DNA of 64,000 bases. Source: Ruminococcus sp. (GTDB lineage Bacteria > Bacillota > Clostridia > Oscillospirales > Acutalibacteraceae). Made by a program: the position numbers and the translations under genes. The notes below the pieces were generated by a model that saw only the letters and a program-made list of their open reading frames with translations, did not search any database and was not told where the DNA came from. The DNA lies in assembly GCA_004558485.1 (NCBI GenBank), contig SFCS01000006.1:14041-78040 (forward strand). Direction: 5' to 3'. This document shows positions 59,482 through 64,000 of this stretch, in pieces (position 1 is the stretch's first letter; the number at the start of each line of letters is the position of its first letter).

Positions 59482-60999
59482 ATGAAAAAACCGCTGACCC
59501 TTATCATCATGGACGGCTTCGGCATTTCCGATGAGACCTACGGCAACGCCATCAAGGCGGCAAAAACGCCGAACCTCGACAAGCTGTTTGCCGAAAACCC
59601 CTTCACCACCATCGGTGCCTCCGGCATGGATGTCGGTCTGCCGGATGGACAGATGGGCAACAGTGAGGTCGGTCACACCAACATCGGCGCGGGCAGAATT
59701 GTTTATCAGGAGCTGACCCGCATCACGAAATCCATCGAAGACGGCGACTTTTTTGAAAACGAGGCGCTGAAAAAGGCGATGGATGCCGCGAAAAAGGACG
59801 GCGCTGCGCTGCATTTGGCGGGACTTTTGTCCGACGGCGGCGTGCACAGCCACTTCCGCCACCTGCTGGGTCTCTTGGAAATGGCGAAAAGGAGCGGCGT
59901 CAAAAAGGTATTTGTGCACTGCCTGATGGACGGCAGAGATGTGCCGCCCACCTCGGGCAAGGATTTTGTCGCACAGCTGCAGCAGAAGATGCAGGAGATC
60001 GGTGTCGGCAGAATCGCCACGGTCACCGGCAGATACTATGCGATGGATCGCGACAACCGCTGGGAGCGCGTGGAAAAGGCATATGCTGCGATGGTATACG
60101 GTGAGGGCGTCGAGAACGCCGATCCGGTCGCTGCGGTGGAGGCATCCTATGCCGAGGGCGTCACGGACGAATTCATCGTGCCGGTGGTGTGCACCGGCAA
60201 AGAGGGCGTCATCAAGGCAAACGACGCGGTGGTGTTCTTCAACTTCCGCCCCGACCGCGCCCGCGAGATCACCCGCACGCTGGTCGATCCCGCGTTTGAC
60301 GGCTTTGAGCGCAAAAACGGGTTCTTCCCGCTGACCTATGTCTGCATGACGCAGTATGACGCGACCATGCCGGGCGTCGAGGTCGCTTTCCGTCCGCAGT
60401 CGCTGCACAACACGCTCGGACAGTATATCAGTGACAACGGCATGACGCAGCTGCGCATCGCCGAGACAGAGAAATATGCGCATGTCACCTTCTTTTTCAA
60501 CGGCGGCGTGGAAAAGGAATTCGCGGGCGAGGATCGCGCGCTCATCCATTCCCCGAAGGTCGCGACCTATGACCTGCAGCCCGAAATGAGCGCGCCGCTC
60601 GTTTGCGAGGAGGTCGTGAAGCGTATCCGCTCCGGCAAATACGATGTCGTTATCCTGAACTATGCCAACTGTGACATGGTCGGTCACACCGGCGTTTTCG
60701 ACGCTGCGGTGGCGGCTGTGGAGGCAGTGGATGAGTGCGTCGGCAAGACGGTCGCCGCGACGCTAGATATGGGCGGCGTGGCGCTCATCACGGCGGATCA
60801 CGGCAATGCGGACAAGATGTATGAGGCGGACGGCTCGCCGTTCACTGCACACACGACCGCGCTCGTGCCGTTCTGTGTGGTCGGTCATCCCTGCACGCTG
60901 CGCGAGGGCGGCAGACTGGCGGACATTGCGCCGACCATGCTGCAGCTGCTCTCTCTCCCGCAGCCCGCGGAGATGAACGGTGTTTCGCTCATAAAATAA
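59482..60999 (+). CDS. gpmI: 2,3-bisphosphoglycerate-independent phosphoglycerate mutase
   Basis: iPGM family (LIIMDGFG, …SEVGHTN…, …ADHGNAD…). Confidence 0.9.
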   Translation: MKKPLTLIIMDGFGISDETYGNAIKAAKTPNLDKLFAENPFTTIGASGMDVGLPDGQMGNSEVGHTNIGAGRIVYQELTRITKSIEDGDFFENEALKKAMDAAKKDGAALHLAGLLSDGGVHSHFRHLLGLLEMAKRSGVKKVFVHCLMDGRDVPPTSGKDFVAQLQQKMQEIGVGRIATVTGRYYAMDRDNRWERVEKAYAAMVYGEGVENADPVAAVEASYAEGVTDEFIVPVVCTGKEGVIKANDAVVFFNFRPDRAREITRTLVDPAFDGFERKNGFFPLTYVCMTQYDATMPGVEVAFRPQSLHNTLGQYISDNGMTQLRIAETEKYAHVTFFFNGGVEKEFAGEDRALIHSPKVATYDLQPEMSAPLVCEEVVKRIRSGKYDVVILNYANCDMVGHTGVFDAAVAAVEAVDECVGKTVAATLDMGGVALITADHGNADKMYEADGSPFTAHTTALVPFCVVGHPCTLREGGRLADIAPTMLQLLSLPQPAEMNGVSLIK

Positions 61000-61013
61000 T
61001 CGGTTGCAAAAAC

Positions 61014-61054
61014 AGCAGCGCCGCCTTTTTTGAAAGGCGGCGCTGCTTTTTTCG
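61014..61054. terminator. bidirectional terminator between gpmI and ddh
   Basis: AAAAACAGCAGCGCCGCC-ttttttgaaa-GGCGGCGCTGCTTTTTT. Confidence 0.7.
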
Positions 61055-61059
61055 GGGAC

Positions 61060-62037
61060 TTACAGAAGATGCGCCCGCAGCTCCTCCGGCGACAGCGGAG
61101 AGAGGTCGGCGGGAGCAATATCGAAAACGGTCTTGCAGCCGCGATCGCCGCGTTCGAACATTTTGCAAAGCGCCCGTGCAAAGGCGCAGAGCACACTGCC
61201 GGTAAATTCGGGGTTGGAGTCAAGCTGCAGAGCATATTCCGCCACATGCGTGTTTTCCCCGTTTTTGCCGGTCCTGCCGGAGCGGATGACAAAGCCGCCG
61301 TGCGGCAGCGCCGCATGGTCTCTTTGCAGCTCTTCCGCGGTGATGAAGGTCACCGTTGTGTCATAGCCCGCAAAATAGGCGGGCATTTCCTTGATCTCCT
61401 TTTCAATGCGTGCGCGGTCGGCGTGCGGTTCTGCCACCACGAAGCACTCTCTGCGATGGCTGCTCTCGGCGGTGAGGTCGGGGCATGCGCCGCTGCGCAC
61501 GGCGTCGACCGCCGCGTTGATCGGCACGGTGTACTGTCGTGCGTCCAGAACGCCGTTGATGCGGCGAATGGCATCGGAATGTCCCTGGCTCACGCCGCGT
61601 CCCCAAAAGGTGTAGCTTTTGCCGCAAGGCAGCACCGCCTCACCGTACAGCCGCAAAAGCGAAAACATCCCCGGATCCCATCCGGCGGAAATAAGCGCGA
61701 TGTGACCGCTCTCCGTCGCCGCCTTGTCGACGGCGGCAAAGTGCTTCGGAATGTCGCGGTGGGTGTCAAAGCTGTCGAGCACATTGAAATGCGCCGCGAG
61801 GGCGGGCATCATTTTCGGCAGGTCGGTCGCGCTGCCGCCGCACACGATGAGCAGGTCAATGTCGTTTGTATACCGTAAAACATCCTCGGCGGCAAACACC
61901 TTGGCGCCGGTCAGCGTTTTGACCGCCTTGGGGTCGCGACGGGTGAACACGCAAAACAGCGACAGGTCGCTGTTTTGCGCAATGGCGAGCTCCACGCCCT
62001 TGCCGAGATTGCCGTATCCGTAAATTGCCAGTTTCAT
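61060..62037 (-). CDS. ddh: meso-diaminopimelate D-dehydrogenase
   Basis: Ddh family (MKLAIYGYGNLG Rossmann fold; …SAGWDPGMFSL…). ATG 62037 after AAAGGAGG. Confidence 0.8.
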   Translation of the reverse strand: MKLAIYGYGNLGKGVELAIAQNSDLSLFCVFTRRDPKAVKTLTGAKVFAAEDVLRYTNDIDLLIVCGGSATDLPKMMPALAAHFNVLDSFDTHRDIPKHFAAVDKAATESGHIALISAGWDPGMFSLLRLYGEAVLPCGKSYTFWGRGVSQGHSDAIRRINGVLDARQYTVPINAAVDAVRSGACPDLTAESSHRRECFVVAEPHADRARIEKEIKEMPAYFAGYDTTVTFITAEELQRDHAALPHGGFVIRSGRTGKNGENTHVAEYALQLDSNPEFTGSVLCAFARALCKMFERGDRGCKTVFDIAPADLSPLSPEELRAHLL

Positions 62038-62165
62038 CAGATCGCCTCCTTTCTCCATCTTAACACAGATCTGTCACCGCCGCAATTCTTTTTTAGTTGC
62101 GCACATTCCCATTATATGGTATACTGGCTTCTGTGAGGGGGGCGTGTGCCTTGAATTTGATGCAT

Positions 62166-63080
62166 ATGAAATACGCGGTGGTGGTCGCCGAAACGCAGTC
62201 CATCAACAAAGCTGCCGAGCAGCTCTATGTCGGGCAGTCGGCGCTGTCCCGTGCCATCAAGGAGTTGGAGAGCGGACTGGGCGTCGTGCTGTTTCGCCGC
62301 AGCGCAAAGGGCATGTTCCTGACGCCGGACGGCGAGCTTTTCATGCGCAACGCGCGCAAGGTTCTGGCGCAGGTGGACGCGATGGAAAACCTGTTCAGCG
62401 CGGGAAAGAGCCGCAAAAAGCAGTTTTCCGTGTCCGTGCCGCGCGCAAGCTATGTGGCAAAGGCATTTGCCGCCTTCGCGGGGAGCCTCGACAAGAGCGT
62501 TGAGGCGGACATCTATTACCGCGAGACAAACGCTCTGCGCGCCATCCGCAATATTTTGCAGGAGGACTACCGCCTCGGCGTCATCCGCTATGCGGAGAGC
62601 TATGATAAATACTATAAGGCGCTCATGGAGGACAAAGGCCTTTGCTGGGAGGTCATCGCGCAGTTTCGGTATGTGCTGCTGATGAATGAAAAAAATCCTC
62701 TGGCGAAAAAGCCGAAGATCACCTATGCCGATCTGCGCGATCACACGGAGATTGCGCACGCCGACCCCTATGTTCCGTCGCTGCCCGCGGCGGAGGTCAA
62801 AAAGGACGAGCTGCCCGAGGATTTTCCCCGCCGTATTTTCGTGTTTGAACGCGCGAGTCAGTTCGAGCTGCTTGCGACAAACACCGACGCCTTCATGTGG
62901 GTGTCGCCCGTGCCGCGGGAAACGCTTGCGCGCTTCGGACTGGTGCAGCGCGCATGTGCGGATATGCAGCGGGAATATACGGATTTGCTCGTTTGCCGCA
63001 AGCAATACCGCTTCACCGACCTTGACAACCGCTTCATCGAGCAGCTCAAGGCGACGAAACGGGAAATTTTGGGAGAATGA
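62166..63080 (+). CDS. LysR-family transcriptional regulator
   Basis: N-terminal HTH (…INKAAEQLYVGQSALSRAIKELE…) and LysR substrate-binding domain. Promoter TTGCGC-17-TATACT. ATG 62160 is an alternative start. Confidence 0.8.
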   Translation: MKYAVVVAETQSINKAAEQLYVGQSALSRAIKELESGLGVVLFRRSAKGMFLTPDGELFMRNARKVLAQVDAMENLFSAGKSRKKQFSVSVPRASYVAKAFAAFAGSLDKSVEADIYYRETNALRAIRNILQEDYRLGVIRYAESYDKYYKALMEDKGLCWEVIAQFRYVLLMNEKNPLAKKPKITYADLRDHTEIAHADPYVPSLPAAEVKKDELPEDFPRRIFVFERASQFELLATNTDAFMWVSPVPRETLARFGLVQRACADMQREYTDLLVCRKQYRFTDLDNRFIEQLKATKREILGE

Positions 63081-63122
63081 CGCCGTACCGCACTCACTGA
63101 CGGCGGTGTCCTGAGCAGTAGG

Positions 63123-63172
63123 AAGCCCTCCGATCGGGTACAGCTTGCCGTGCCTGATCGGAGGGCTTTTAT
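63123..63172 (+). terminator. terminator after the LysR gene
   Basis: AAGCCCTCCGATC…GATCGGAGGGCTTTTATTATTTT. Confidence 0.65.
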
Positions 63173-63548
63173 TATTTTCCGAACAGGCGGGAGAAAAAGC
63201 CGTCTCCGACAGGATGCGAAAGTCGACAAACACGCCGATACCGAGGGCGATCATCAGGAGCACGGAAATGAACTGTGTCTTATACTGGCGCATGGTTCTC
63301 CATAATTTGCGCAGCATTTTTTGAAAAATCGCAAAAAAGCGCATAGGGAAAATGTGTTGACCCGAAAAAGGAGGCACCCCCGATGCGGTATAACAGAATA
63401 TCTCAAACCGCCAAAATGGCGCATAATATCCCTGCCGGAGAAAAGGAAGCCCATGTGCACATACTATGTTCCCCTATACCTTAAACTTGCAAAGATTTAA
63501 TGCTTGCTGCGCCTTGTCTTTTTTGATTATTTGAGTGATATATTTACT

Positions 63549-63748
63549 TTGTCAAAATTTCCAATTGTGTATAGTTGTTATAACTTGACAGTTTTGGGTA
63601 TTGTGGTATATTATAGGTGAGAAGAGTACCATTCGCGACGATCTTTTGCCCTTGCTGATTTACGTCTGCAGCTAAGCCGCGAGCTTATCGAAATCTAATA
63701 TGTGTTCGTTAGCGGCTGACATATGTTTAGCCGCTTTTTGCTTTTTGT
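63549..63748 (+). promoter_or_regulatory. tandem strong promoters driving a short (about 130 nt) terminated transcript in AT-rich DNA
   Basis: TTGTCA-15-TGTGTATAGT and TTGACA-16-TGGTATATT, then the hairpin AGCGGCTGACATATGTTTAGCCGCT and TTTTTGCTTTTT at 63711-63748. Confidence 0.45.
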
Positions 63749-64000
63749 GAGGATCGAATGAGCAAAGTTGTGTATCATTTAAGAGAGTAGACGGAATGGG
63801 ATTTAATTTTTATGAACCTACAATATATACAAGCCGGTTGACAATCCTTTGAGGGATTTTAAGACTTATAAAAAGCGGCGTAAAGGATAGCGATAGTTAT
63901 TCTGCGAACATGTCAGAGAGCGGCAATGAAGAAAATGAGTCCGAGGGTACAACCAAAACGGATATTCCACCCGGTGAAAATATATAATTGTAAAAAATTC

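Noticed and set aside
57304-60687. 1127-aa minus-strand ORF, the longest in the ORF track
   Set aside because: It is antisense to pgk, tpiA and gpmI, all unmistakable on the plus strand. The translation is Arg/Ala/His/Gly-rich with no motifs. It is a typical high-GC antisense open frame.
62112-63377. 421-aa minus-strand ORF with a hydrophobic N-terminal stretch (MRQYKTQFISVLLMIALGIGVFVDF…)
   Set aside because: It reads straight through the LysR terminator hairpin and is antisense to the well-supported LysR gene. The short hydrophobic start cannot stand alone because no stop precedes the terminator.
63254-63483. Small ORFs 63254-63460 (minus, 68 aa) and 63382-63483 (plus, 33 aa, with an AAAGGAGG RBS)
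   Set aside because: The minus ORF has junk composition. The 33-aa plus ORF has an RBS but no recognisable features or supporting context. I mention it only as a possible leader peptide.

Overview
The window is chromosomal DNA from a high-GC, spore-forming Firmicute of the class Clostridia (GC roughly 60-65% by eye; sigK, gpr and spoIIP are all present). It is densely packed with core genes on both strands.

Main contents:
- **Left end:** an envelope block: a 3'-truncated LTA-synthase family gene, a polysaccharide deacetylase and an O-antigen ligase-like gene.
- **Hydrogenase locus (minus strand):** an electron-bifurcating [FeFe] hydrogenase operon (hydC, HndB-like ferredoxin, hydB, hydA). 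Six regulatory genes interrupt it: a HydS-like sensory hydrogenase, an RsbW-like Ser kinase, two DRTGG proteins, a PHP protein and a second HATPase.
- **Conserved housekeeping block:** smpB, recR, ybaB, dnaX, an SRP RNA gene, rpsT, gpr, [mnmE on the opposite strand], spoIIP.
- **Translation and envelope genes:** lepA, prmA, rsmE, a CNNM transporter, two PAP2 phosphatases, a 2-hydroxyacid dehydrogenase, an LbH transferase and an SGNH hydrolase.
- **Small accessory clusters:** asnA, MGMT and DtxR; a DUF1836-NfeD-flotillin operon; orphan PduL, a family-4 UDG and a sugar-phosphate isomerase; a cadC-hma-cadA metal-efflux operon with clear operator palindromes; a THF-riboswitch-controlled ECF folate S-component divergent from a small 4-Cys ORF and mtnN.
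- **Right end:** a PHP/TSCPD/hypothetical cluster, an rsmB-like gene, pgk-tpiA-gpmI, ddh and a LysR regulator.

No tRNA, rRNA, CRISPR array or transposase was seen. Most long ORFs in the provided track are antisense artefacts of the high GC content. The last ~520 bp drop abruptly to AT-rich sequence, which probably marks the edge of a horizontally acquired island continuing beyond the window.
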